A stretch of DNA of 64,000 bases from Myxococcota bacterium (GTDB taxonomy: Bacteria > Myxococcota_A > SURF-8), in NCBI GenBank assembly GCA_963674735.2, contig CAXXQS010000002.1, positions 448,001 through 512,000 of the forward strand, in the 5' to 3' direction. The notes under the pieces were generated by a model. The model was not told the DNA's origin. It made no database searches and saw nothing but the letters and a program-made list of their open reading frames with translations. Below, in pieces: positions 56,664 to 64,000 of the stretch; within the stretch, counting starts at the first letter, position 1; the number at the start of each line of letters is the position of its first letter. Both the position numbers and the translations under genes were made by a program.

Positions 56664-57851
56664 ATGCACCGGAAGCTTTGGATTCTCGGCGTTCTGCTGG
56701 CGTTGGTTGTGTGTGCGGCTTGTGCCGAGGGCGGGTTCAGGCGAGCCCAGGACCTCGTCAGCATCCACTGGAGCGGCGGCGATTTCGAAAAGGCCCAGAC
56801 CATGCTGCGCCTCGACGACCTGCGCGAATTTCAGAAAGCCGAAGTGCATTTTCTCACCCTGCGCATCAAGAATCGCGACGACGTTCAGATTGCCGGATGG
56901 CTCAACCAGCTTTACATCGCCTGGGCCGAGCAACTGCAAAGCGAAATCGATCTGTTGCGCTGGAAACTGGCGGCCAGCTATGCCGCCGACAACCAATCCG
57001 ACCTGCGGGCCGTCTTCAACCTGCTGGACTACCGCCAAGCCCAGTGGTGGGACGCCCTCAACAGCGCGCGCATGCTGGGCAACGTACTGGTAACCTACGA
57101 CGACGACAGCTACATCGGCCACCGCAGCATGGCCGACTACTACCGCGTCCTGGGCGACCGCGAAAAGATGGAAAACGAACTGAAGGCGGTGGAGGCGCTC
57201 AACCCCGACTCCAACGGCCTGCGCTTCATTCGCGGCGCGGCGCTGGCACAATTCGAGAAAAACTACAGCGAGGCCATCCGCTATTACGACGACGCCCTGG
57301 ACCACGACCCGATGTTCGTGAAAGCCCTGTACTTCAAGGGGCTGGCCTTGCACGAGCTACAGCGTAGCGACGAGGCGGTGGCCGTGATGACGCAGGTGCT
57401 CGAAAAATCGCCCAAACACCCCGGAGCCCGGCTGTATCTGTCCACCGAACGTTACGTACAGGATCTGGCGCAGGAGGCCCGTCAACGTTTGGCCGATACG
57501 CGCGTGGCGTCCCGCAGGATCAAAGACGACCCGGCGCGCGCCATGCTGATCGAGTGGTCGGCCAAGTGCGTCGCAGACCGCGCCGATCTGCATTTTCGGG
57601 TGGCGGGCCCGGCCGACGACGACGCGGAAGTGCGGCTGTCGGCGGTTTTGACCGACAAACTGGGGGCGATTCTGGCGACGCAGGAGAAGCAACTCGACCT
57701 GCCCGCCTCGGCTTTCTACAGCGGCCAACTGGACTTCGACCCCACCCCCGGCAGCGAAGCTCGGGAGGTTTTGTTGCATCTGCAGGTCAAACGACCGGAC
57801 GAACAGGTGTATACCACCGTCGATATCCAGCACGCCCCGCTCGAACCGTAA
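56664..57851 (+). CDS. TPR-containing lipoprotein
   Basis: Lipobox CAAC; TPRs (YSEAIRYYDDAL..DP, ALYFKGLAL). Confidence 0.75.
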   Translation: MHRKLWILGVLLALVVCAACAEGGFRRAQDLVSIHWSGGDFEKAQTMLRLDDLREFQKAEVHFLTLRIKNRDDVQIAGWLNQLYIAWAEQLQSEIDLLRWKLAASYAADNQSDLRAVFNLLDYRQAQWWDALNSARMLGNVLVTYDDDSYIGHRSMADYYRVLGDREKMENELKAVEALNPDSNGLRFIRGAALAQFEKNYSEAIRYYDDALDHDPMFVKALYFKGLALHELQRSDEAVAVMTQVLEKSPKHPGARLYLSTERYVQDLAQEARQRLADTRVASRRIKDDPARAMLIEWSAKCVADRADLHFRVAGPADDDAEVRLSAVLTDKLGAILATQEKQLDLPASAFYSGQLDFDPTPGSEAREVLLHLQVKRPDEQVYTTVDIQHAPLEP

Positions 57852-58002
57852 ATCGGTCGCGGCCATGGAGCCCATCGGAGATGCGCTTCAACCTAGGGTC
57901 TGCGTAACGACGCCGCACATGGCCATTATGATCAGTTCGATAAGACACAGGTAGAATCTGTCCTTAGAGATGTTCGAGCTTTTATTAACCGCTACCCAGC
58001 CT

Positions 58003-58102
58003 GACCCCCTCCCTCCCGCGGAGGACTCCCCCTTGTAAAGGGGGAGATTAATCCCCTCCTTTACAAGGAGGGGTGGATTCGCGAAGCGAAGACGGGGTGG
58101 TC
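58003..58102. repeat. REP-like double-hairpin element
   Basis: CTCCCCCTT-GTA-AAGGGGGAG and CCCCTCCTT-TAC-AAGGAGGGG hairpins; 58080-58102 is the exact reverse complement of 54812-54834. Confidence 0.7.
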
Positions 58103-58111
58103 ACTCCCGCG

Positions 58112-59923
58112 TCAGAAGCAGCGGCCGGTGCCGGGATCGGGGCGCGTGCCCGCCTGGCAGGTGCAGGCGAAACGACCCTCGGCGGCGTTCCACTGCCAGT
58201 CGCCCTTGGGCTGACACAGATCGGGCAGGCAGTAGCTGCCGTCGAAGCCCTCGATGCAGTTCAAACCCTGAATGCAGTCCCCGGTCTCCGGGCAACGCTG
58301 CAAACAGGCCCAGCCTGCATCCCCCAGGGGCACACAGGATTCATAGGGCAGGCATTCCTCGTCGCCGCCGCAGGGATAGAGGCATTGGCCGGTTCCGGCC
58401 AGTTCGCCGTCCAGTTCGATCCCGTAGCAGGACACATCCGGCGGGCAGGTTTCGTCGCGCCCGCAGGAAAGTTGGCGATTGCGATGGCAAATGCCGCCAC
58501 CGCAAGCCTGTTCGGCCATGCAGTCTTCGGGTTCGCTGCATGCGCCGAGTTGCTCGCAGCGATTGGTGAAGGGATCGTGCGCATAGCCGTCGTCGCAGGC
58601 GCAGTCCCACAGGCCGTTGGGCAATTCCTCCCAGTGGCCGTTGGTTTTGCAGGCATCCGGCACGCAAGCCGTGACACCTAAAATTTCGCGGCAGGACTGC
58701 CCGTCCGGGCACCCCTCGTCGTGGCGGCACAGGGCGCGGCAGATCCCGCCGTCGGGGCGGTTGGGCACGCACAGCTCGGAAGGACGGCAGTCGGCGCTGG
58801 CGCTGCAATCGGACGAACACACGCCGTCACCCAGCAAATCGTTGCCGTCCTTTTCGCCCAGACATTCGCTTTCGTCCTCGCATTGCAGGTTCGAGCGGCA
58901 GGTCACCGCACGCGGCGTGTGACAGGCACCGTCGCGCCCGCAAACCTGATTGGCGTAGCAAGCGGCGGAGGTCTCGCAGGCCACCGACTCGTCCGGCTCG
59001 GGACAGGTGCCCATCAGGACGTCGTCGAGATAGCCATCGCGCCCGATAAAGGCATAGGCCAGCGGGCGCTCGCTGTCGATGGTGTCGGTGAAGGAACAGC
59101 GGGTGACGTTGTCCACATCCACGCGCCATTGGGCATTGGTCAGACGGTACAGGATCACCCGGTGCCAGCCCTCGTCGAGGCCATCGATGCTGCAATGGGC
59201 CATTCCGGCCTGCTCCAGCACGTCGATACGCTGACCGGTCGGCATCGGTTGGGCGTCGCCCTCCTCGTCGAGGTCGCCATCGGTCGACGCGGCAGGGGCA
59301 TCGGTGGCGGGAAGGTGGAACAGGCGGATTTCCGGCACCCAGTTTCCGGTGGGATTGTCGTCGTCGTTCAGCCAGAACAGGTTCTCGGTTCCCTCGGCTC
59401 CCAGCTTGGTGCGGAAGTGGAAGGCGTTGGCCTGCGCGGGCAGCGGCGTATAAAGCCGGGCGGTGGGCAACTGGGAACCGGTGTCGTCCGAACAGCCCGA
59501 CAAGACCCGTCCGCCGACCTCCGCATCCTCGATCACCACCGGACGCACGGCGGATTCCGGCTGATCGTCGGGTACGTTCAGTACGCGGTGATCCTTTTGC
59601 CAAACCGGATTCGTGGTGGTTTCACCATCCTCGAAACTTTCGAGGAACAAAAGCGCGCCCCCGGCACAGAAGGCCGGATCCTGCCAGCGATCGAGGGTGT
59701 CGTCCTCCCAGGGGATGCGCTCCACCTCGGGCGCTTCGACTTCCGTCACCTCCTCTTCGGCCGCCTCCGCGTCCCGATCTTCGTCGCCGGAAAGCTCGCC
59801 TTCGCCGTCCAGGTCGCCATCGACGGCGTCGCCGCCACCGCTGCTGCAAGCCGCAAGCATCCAAACGCCGAACGCCAGTATCGCCACCGTCAAGAACAGC
59901 CCTTTTCGTGTCAACGCTACCAT
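58112..59923 (-). CDS. Cys-rich lipoprotein with laminin-G/lectin-like domain and disulfide repeats
   Basis: Lipobox LAAC; acidic DGD linker; ESFEDG..WHRV..VD pattern; duplicated Cys-rich C-terminal blocks. Confidence 0.7.
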   Translation of the reverse strand: MVALTRKGLFLTVAILAFGVWMLAACSSGGGDAVDGDLDGEGELSGDEDRDAEAAEEEVTEVEAPEVERIPWEDDTLDRWQDPAFCAGGALLFLESFEDGETTTNPVWQKDHRVLNVPDDQPESAVRPVVIEDAEVGGRVLSGCSDDTGSQLPTARLYTPLPAQANAFHFRTKLGAEGTENLFWLNDDDNPTGNWVPEIRLFHLPATDAPAASTDGDLDEEGDAQPMPTGQRIDVLEQAGMAHCSIDGLDEGWHRVILYRLTNAQWRVDVDNVTRCSFTDTIDSERPLAYAFIGRDGYLDDVLMGTCPEPDESVACETSAACYANQVCGRDGACHTPRAVTCRSNLQCEDESECLGEKDGNDLLGDGVCSSDCSASADCRPSELCVPNRPDGGICRALCRHDEGCPDGQSCREILGVTACVPDACKTNGHWEELPNGLWDCACDDGYAHDPFTNRCEQLGACSEPEDCMAEQACGGGICHRNRQLSCGRDETCPPDVSCYGIELDGELAGTGQCLYPCGGDEECLPYESCVPLGDAGWACLQRCPETGDCIQGLNCIEGFDGSYCLPDLCQPKGDWQWNAAEGRFACTCQAGTRPDPGTGRCF

Positions 59924-60069
59924 GGGGAACCTCCCGCCATTCACCGATTCGTCTGCCGCGTCGCTTCCTGCAGAAAACGCGAAACGGCATCCGGTTCTTT
60001 TTGCATACGTGCCTAGACTCGCAAGTGTATCACATGCGGCAGGCGGCGGAAAGGATTGGCTAAACCGGC

Positions 60070-60252
60070 TAGAGCTTTTCAATTCTGATTGAGTCTCGAA
60101 TCATCTTCGATCGATGATGGGTGGCACGGGCTAAACCGTCAGGTTTGCCCGTGAAAACAGCATGGGCAAGCCGAAAGCTTGGCCCATGGCACCCCGTAAA
60201 CCGAATGATAGTGGGTGGAAAACGGTGAAAAGCTTCGAAGTGAATCGCCCTA
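60070..60252. mobile_element. 183-bp MITE-like element, copy 2 (inverted)
   Basis: Same length as 27648-27830, about 11 substitutions by my count; TA at both ends. Confidence 0.85.
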
Positions 60253-60264
60253 AACAGCACCGGG

Positions 60265-61368
60265 TCAGTTCATCCAGGTTTTCGGGTCGCCCTTGTCGCG
60301 CGGACCACCGCCCGGAAACAGATCCCGTGGGGCCGGAGGAGGGGGCGGCGGATCGTCCAGCGACTTGATCACCGCATCCATCCGTTGCTCCTGCGCCTCC
60401 CAAACCGCCATGCGACGCCGCTTCTCGCGCCGCCGTTTGAGATAGCCCAGAATAAACAGCACCGAGGCCACGCTCCACACGGTGGCGCCGGAGGTAATCA
60501 GCGGAATCCAGTTGTAGGCCAGCTTCATGCCCGCCAGCCAACGCGTTTCCAACTCGGGTAAGGTCAAGGCGTAAACGCGCTGCAGCGCTTCGGCGAAGGG
60601 TTCGCCCGCGCCCAGCCGCTTGATCAAGGCGTGAAAGGGATCGAGCCCGTATTCCCCGATCAGGAAATTGATGACTTCGAAGCTTTCGTCGTAGGCGATG
60701 GGAACATGGGCCGGATCGGCAGGCCAGCGCCGGGTGAGCTCGGCCAAGGGAATCCAGCGTCCCGACAGCATGGCTTTCGACAAGCGCAGCACGCGCTCCA
60801 GATCGAATTCGCGCGCCTGCCACTGGGCCAGCCCTTCCACGAACCAGCGCGGCATCTCGGCCCCCGCATCGGTGGCCTGGCGCAAGATAATGTGCGACAT
60901 TTCATGCACGAAGGTCTGTTCCAAGGCGATCGGTTGACCGCGCGAGCCCGCCTGACGCAAAATAATGGTATTCAAATCGCCGTAGGCCACGCCCGCCACC
61001 CAACTCGGCAAACGCCGTCCGCCCGGCTGCAGGGCCTGAAAGTCGTCCGCCGCCGCCAGATAGACGCGCGTCGTTTCGCGCGGGTCCACCCCGATGGTCG
61101 CCACCAGCTCCGCCCGCACGCGCGCCGCCATATTCACCAGATCCATGGCGCGTGCACGGCCGCGTTCGGGAAAGACGAACAGAAACGAACCGGATGAAAG
61201 CTCACTATAACCGGCAGGAACGCGAATCGTCCGATCACGGCCCGTCACGGTGGGCGGCCGGTATTCGCGCGGGGCGGCTTCCAGATTCGCGCAAGTCGAC
61301 CAACCGACGATCAGAAACAGCACGATCCATAGCGGGATAATCAAAGAGGGACGGATACCGGAAATCAA
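60265..61368 (-). CDS. Peptidase MA-like zinc metallopeptidase, membrane-anchored
   Basis: FVHEMSH, PRWFVEGLA, AY; signal peptide and C-terminal TM helix; probable TTG start overlapping the yggU stop. Confidence 0.8.
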   Translation of the reverse strand: MISGIRPSLIIPLWIVLFLIVGWSTCANLEAAPREYRPPTVTGRDRTIRVPAGYSELSSGSFLFVFPERGRARAMDLVNMAARVRAELVATIGVDPRETTRVYLAAADDFQALQPGGRRLPSWVAGVAYGDLNTIILRQAGSRGQPIALEQTFVHEMSHIILRQATDAGAEMPRWFVEGLAQWQAREFDLERVLRLSKAMLSGRWIPLAELTRRWPADPAHVPIAYDESFEVINFLIGEYGLDPFHALIKRLGAGEPFAEALQRVYALTLPELETRWLAGMKLAYNWIPLITSGATVWSVASVLFILGYLKRRREKRRRMAVWEAQEQRMDAVIKSLDDPPPPPPAPRDLFPGGGPRDKGDPKTWMN

Positions 61369-61667
61369 ACGCCCAGATGTTCGCGCAACGCGGCGACCTC
61401 GATTCCGGTGACCTGCACGGTTTTGCTGCGACCGGTCGCACCGCTCGAAATCGTAATCTGGTTTTTGGGAAGACGGAGTCGTTTGGCCAGAAACGCAATG
61501 AGAGCCTGATTCGCCGCCCCATCCACCGGGGGAGCTTTGAGCCGCAGCTTCAGGCGGCCGTCGTGTTCGCCGACGATCTCCGTTCGGGAGGCACGCGGCT
61601 GGACCCGGATCAAGAGGCGTACGCCATCGGCGGTGGGAATCAACCAAGCGGGCATGGCGGGGTTCAA
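61365..61667 (-). CDS. yggU: DUF167 family protein YggU
   Basis: IRVQPRASR, LKAPPVDGAAN..LI.FLA, GATGRSK. Confidence 0.9.
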   Translation of the reverse strand: MNPAMPAWLIPTADGVRLLIRVQPRASRTEIVGEHDGRLKLRLKAPPVDGAANQALIAFLAKRLRLPKNQITISSGATGRSKTVQVTGIEVAALREHLGV

Positions 61668-62383
61668 ACCTCATCCACGGCCGTTTCCGGCGACGCATCC
61701 TCGTCCCCGTCACGCCGCTCGATGTCGGCCTCCTCATCGGACGCCTCCTTTCGAGGCACAGCGTCGTCGGATTCATCGGGTTTATCGGGCTCATCGGATT
61801 TATCGGGCTCATCGAACGCGGCGGGCGTCTGCGGGTCGTCTGCAGCGGGATCCTTTCGGGGCGACTCGACCCAGGGCTGCCGTTTCGCCTCCTGGCGCTC
61901 CAGTTCCCGCCGGTCCGCCTCACGCCGGTCCGCCTCGTACTCCTGCAGGGCGTCCAGCATCTTCAGATGCACCTCGATGGCATGGCGCAAGGTGGTTTCG
62001 AACTGGACCTTCTGCCGCTTGAGGTCGTGGATCTCCGAAACCAGCATTTCGCGCCGCCGCACCGCATCCTGGATCAGGCGTTCACCTTCCATCTCGGCGT
62101 TGGAAATCACCATGCGCGCCTCGCGCTCGGCGATCCCTTTGACGTCGTCGGCCATCCGTTGGGCCGTCAACAGCGTTTCTTTCAGGGTCTGCTCGCGCTC
62201 GCGGTACTCCACGATCTGATCTTCCAGCCCCTTGAGACGGTCTTTCTGCTCGTTGGTTTCGCGCGTCAGTTCCTCGAGTTCCTCCGAGACAAATTGCAGG
62301 AATTCCTCGACTTCTTCCACATCGAAACCGCGAAAACCGGTGCGAAATTTCTTCTGCTTGATTTCAAGCGGCGTAAGCTTCAT
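61664..62383 (-). CDS. divIVA: DivIVA domain protein
   Basis: MKLTPLEIKQKKFRTGFRGFDVEEVEEFL, coiled coil, acidic tail with an 18-bp repeat (61773-61814). Confidence 0.9.
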   Translation of the reverse strand: MKLTPLEIKQKKFRTGFRGFDVEEVEEFLQFVSEELEELTRETNEQKDRLKGLEDQIVEYREREQTLKETLLTAQRMADDVKGIAEREARMVISNAEMEGERLIQDAVRRREMLVSEIHDLKRQKVQFETTLRHAIEVHLKMLDALQEYEADRREADRRELERQEAKRQPWVESPRKDPAADDPQTPAAFDEPDKSDEPDKPDESDDAVPRKEASDEEADIERRDGDEDASPETAVDEV

Positions 62384-62393
62384 CGAAGCCTCC

Positions 62394-62705
62394 CTAGTGC
62401 ATCTTCAGGTAAAGCGACAGGTCGTACAGATTTTGCACCACCGCCTGCTGCAAAAGAAAAACAACGGCCAGAATCACGAGCGGCGTGAGATCCAGCCCCC
62501 CCATGTTGGACAACATCGGCAGCCAGCGGCGCACACGGCGAAAGGCCGGTTCGGTCGCACGGACCAGAAAACGCACGATGGGATTGTAGGGATCGGCGTT
62601 GACCCACGAGATAATGACGCGCCCGATGATAATGAACATGTAAATCTGCAGAAACATTTCCATAATCAGGGCCACACCCTTGATTATATTGGCCACGACA
62701 AACAT
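62394..62705 (-). CDS. yggT: YggT family membrane protein
   Basis: ISWVNADPYNPIVRFL..ATEP, GGLDLTP. Confidence 0.92.
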   Translation of the reverse strand: MFVVANIIKGVALIMEMFLQIYMFIIIGRVIISWVNADPYNPIVRFLVRATEPAFRRVRRWLPMLSNMGGLDLTPLVILAVVFLLQQAVVQNLYDLSLYLKMH

Positions 62706-62719
62706 GTCTCGTCCTTTCG

Positions 62720-63421
62720 CTAGGTATTGCGGGGACCGAACAGGTCGGTACCCACCCGCACGATAGTCGCCCCTTCTTCGATGGCGACTTCCATATCCTT
62801 CGACATGCCCATGGACAGCTCTGCAAGCGCCATCCCCGTTTCGTCACGCAGCCGGCGCGCCAGTTCCGCCAGGCGGCGATGATAGGGCCTTAGCGCCTCG
62901 GGATCGCTGAGAAAGGGCGGAATCGACATCAATCCACGCAATTCGATATGCGGAGCGTCGAGCGCCCGCCGAACCAATTCCCGGACGTCCCGTTCGGCCA
63001 CCCCGCCCTTGCTGCTTTCCTCTCCGACGTTCACTTCCAGCAGGCAGCCGACCCGGCAATCCGCCGCCGCCGCCCGTTTCTCGATTTCGTCGAGCAGTTT
63101 GGCACGGTCCACCGAATGAATCAAGTGCGTCCGCCCCACAATCTGCCGAATTTTGTTCGATTGCAAACGACCGATGAAATGCCAGCGGATCGGCTGGAGC
63201 AGCTGCGCCTGCTTGGCCAGCAGTTCCTGCACGTAATTTTCACCGATATCCAGCAAACCGGCCTCGGCCGCCCGGGCCACGAGTTCCCCCGGCTTGGTTT
63301 TGGCGACGCCCAGAAGCTGCACGTCTTGCGGCGCCCGCCCGGCTCGTTCGCAGGCCCGCTGCATTCGCGCCCGGATGCGGGCCAGATTCCCGGAAACATC
63401 CACCGCCGCTGGAACCGTCAT
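62720..63421 (-). CDS. yggS: PLP homeostasis protein YggS
   Basis: VAKTKP, GENYVQE, WHFIGRLQSNK, HSVDR, GLMSIPP, LSMGMSKD, VRVGTDLFG. Confidence 0.95.
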   Translation of the reverse strand: MTVPAAVDVSGNLARIRARMQRACERAGRAPQDVQLLGVAKTKPGELVARAAEAGLLDIGENYVQELLAKQAQLLQPIRWHFIGRLQSNKIRQIVGRTHLIHSVDRAKLLDEIEKRAAAADCRVGCLLEVNVGEESSKGGVAERDVRELVRRALDAPHIELRGLMSIPPFLSDPEALRPYHRRLAELARRLRDETGMALAELSMGMSKDMEVAIEEGATIVRVGTDLFGPRNT

Positions 63422-63999
63422 GAGCGTGCCTCCTGCGAGGAGGCCAGAAGCGCCAGCGTCTCGGTCATGGGAAGGCCGATCACATTGGTGTAGGAACCCT
63501 GAATCCGATGCACCATGCCGCCGGCCTGGCCCTGGATCGCATAGGCTCCGGCCTTGTCGTAAGGTTCGGGCGTATCGAGGTAGCGCTCCAGTTCTTCGGC
63601 TCCGATCCGGCGAAACGAGACCGAGGTCCGCACCCGTTCGAGGTGCTCGCGACCGTCTGCCGTCAACACACACACACCGGTCAACACCTCGTGCGTCTCA
63701 CCCGACAGGCGCATCAGCATGGCGCGGGCATGGGCCCGATCCGTGGGTTTACCCAGCACATCGCCATCGAGGACCACCACTGTATCGGCCGTGAGGATGG
63801 TTCGGAGTTCCCCGTTCAAGTCCCGTCGCGCGGCCGCGGCCTTTTCACGCGCCATGCGCAGCACGAAATCTTCCGGAATTTCGCCGTTGTTCCGGGTTTC
63901 ATCGATGTCCACCGGACGACAATCGAACAAAATTTGAGCAGCCGCGAGCAACCGCTTTCGTCTGGGAGAGGCCGAAGCCAGGATAATGGGGGGGATACA
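63418..63999 (-). CDS. maf: Maf-family nucleoside triphosphate pyrophosphatase (5' end at window edge)
   Basis: IILASASPRR, ADTVV, LGKP, DKAGAYAIQG, GSYTNVIGLP. Confidence 0.92.
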   Translation of the reverse strand, partial: CIPPIILASASPRRKRLLAAAQILFDCRPVDIDETRNNGEIPEDFVLRMAREKAAAARRDLNGELRTILTADTVVVLDGDVLGKPTDRAHARAMLMRLSGETHEVLTGVCVLTADGREHLERVRTSVSFRRIGAEELERYLDTPEPYDKAGAYAIQGQAGGMVHRIQGSYTNVIGLPMTETLALLASSQEARS

Positions 64000-64000
64000 T

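Noticed and set aside
55830-61923. Apparent long fusion ORFs 55830-57353 and 60265-61923 (likewise the extended hisS, yggS and ablB ORFs)
   Set aside because: The N-terminal extensions overlap other real genes; true starts are downstream
63960-64000. Possible phase-variable G7 frameshift at the maf start (ATG at 63998-64000 is out of frame by one)
   Set aside because: The maf frame stays open to the window edge, so the true start may lie outside; cannot be decided here

Overview
GC-rich bacterial chromosome segment. Gene content (mgtE-recO, Cys-rich and DGD-linker lipoproteins, AGPS-like enzyme, maf-yggS-yggT-divIVA-yggU) suggests a Deltaproteobacteria/Myxococcota-like organism; this is inference. 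A housekeeping backbone (mgtE, recO, hisS, tmk, panC, smpB, tamA/tamB-like, yggS cluster) is interspersed with accessory modules. (1) A three-gene operon encodes a NodC/hyaluronan-synthase-type GT2, a periplasmic coiled-coil adaptor-like protein and a TolC-like exported protein: a candidate minimal synthase-dependent polysaccharide secretion system. (2) A 2-kb AT-rich islet encodes DUF262 + HEPN (candidate anti-phage pair) and is bounded by a 59-bp duplication of the neighbouring lipid-kinase gene 3' end. (3) An alkyl-DHAP-synthase-like/GlcE-like/Fe-S/lipid kinase operon has an Fe-S subunit that has lost its CCG cysteines. (4) A complete IS621-type IS110 element sits in a GTAG-type REP, and its CT cores, circle-junction promoter and all four bridge-RNA guide segments can be read from the sequence. 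(5) There are two copies of a 183-bp MITE carrying a REP doublet, several other small repeat families, an IS481 end remnant, two related radical SAM enzymes and a probable C45 pseudo-peptidase. No rRNA, tRNA, tmRNA or CRISPR array was seen. All calls are from motif recognition by eye; no database search was run.
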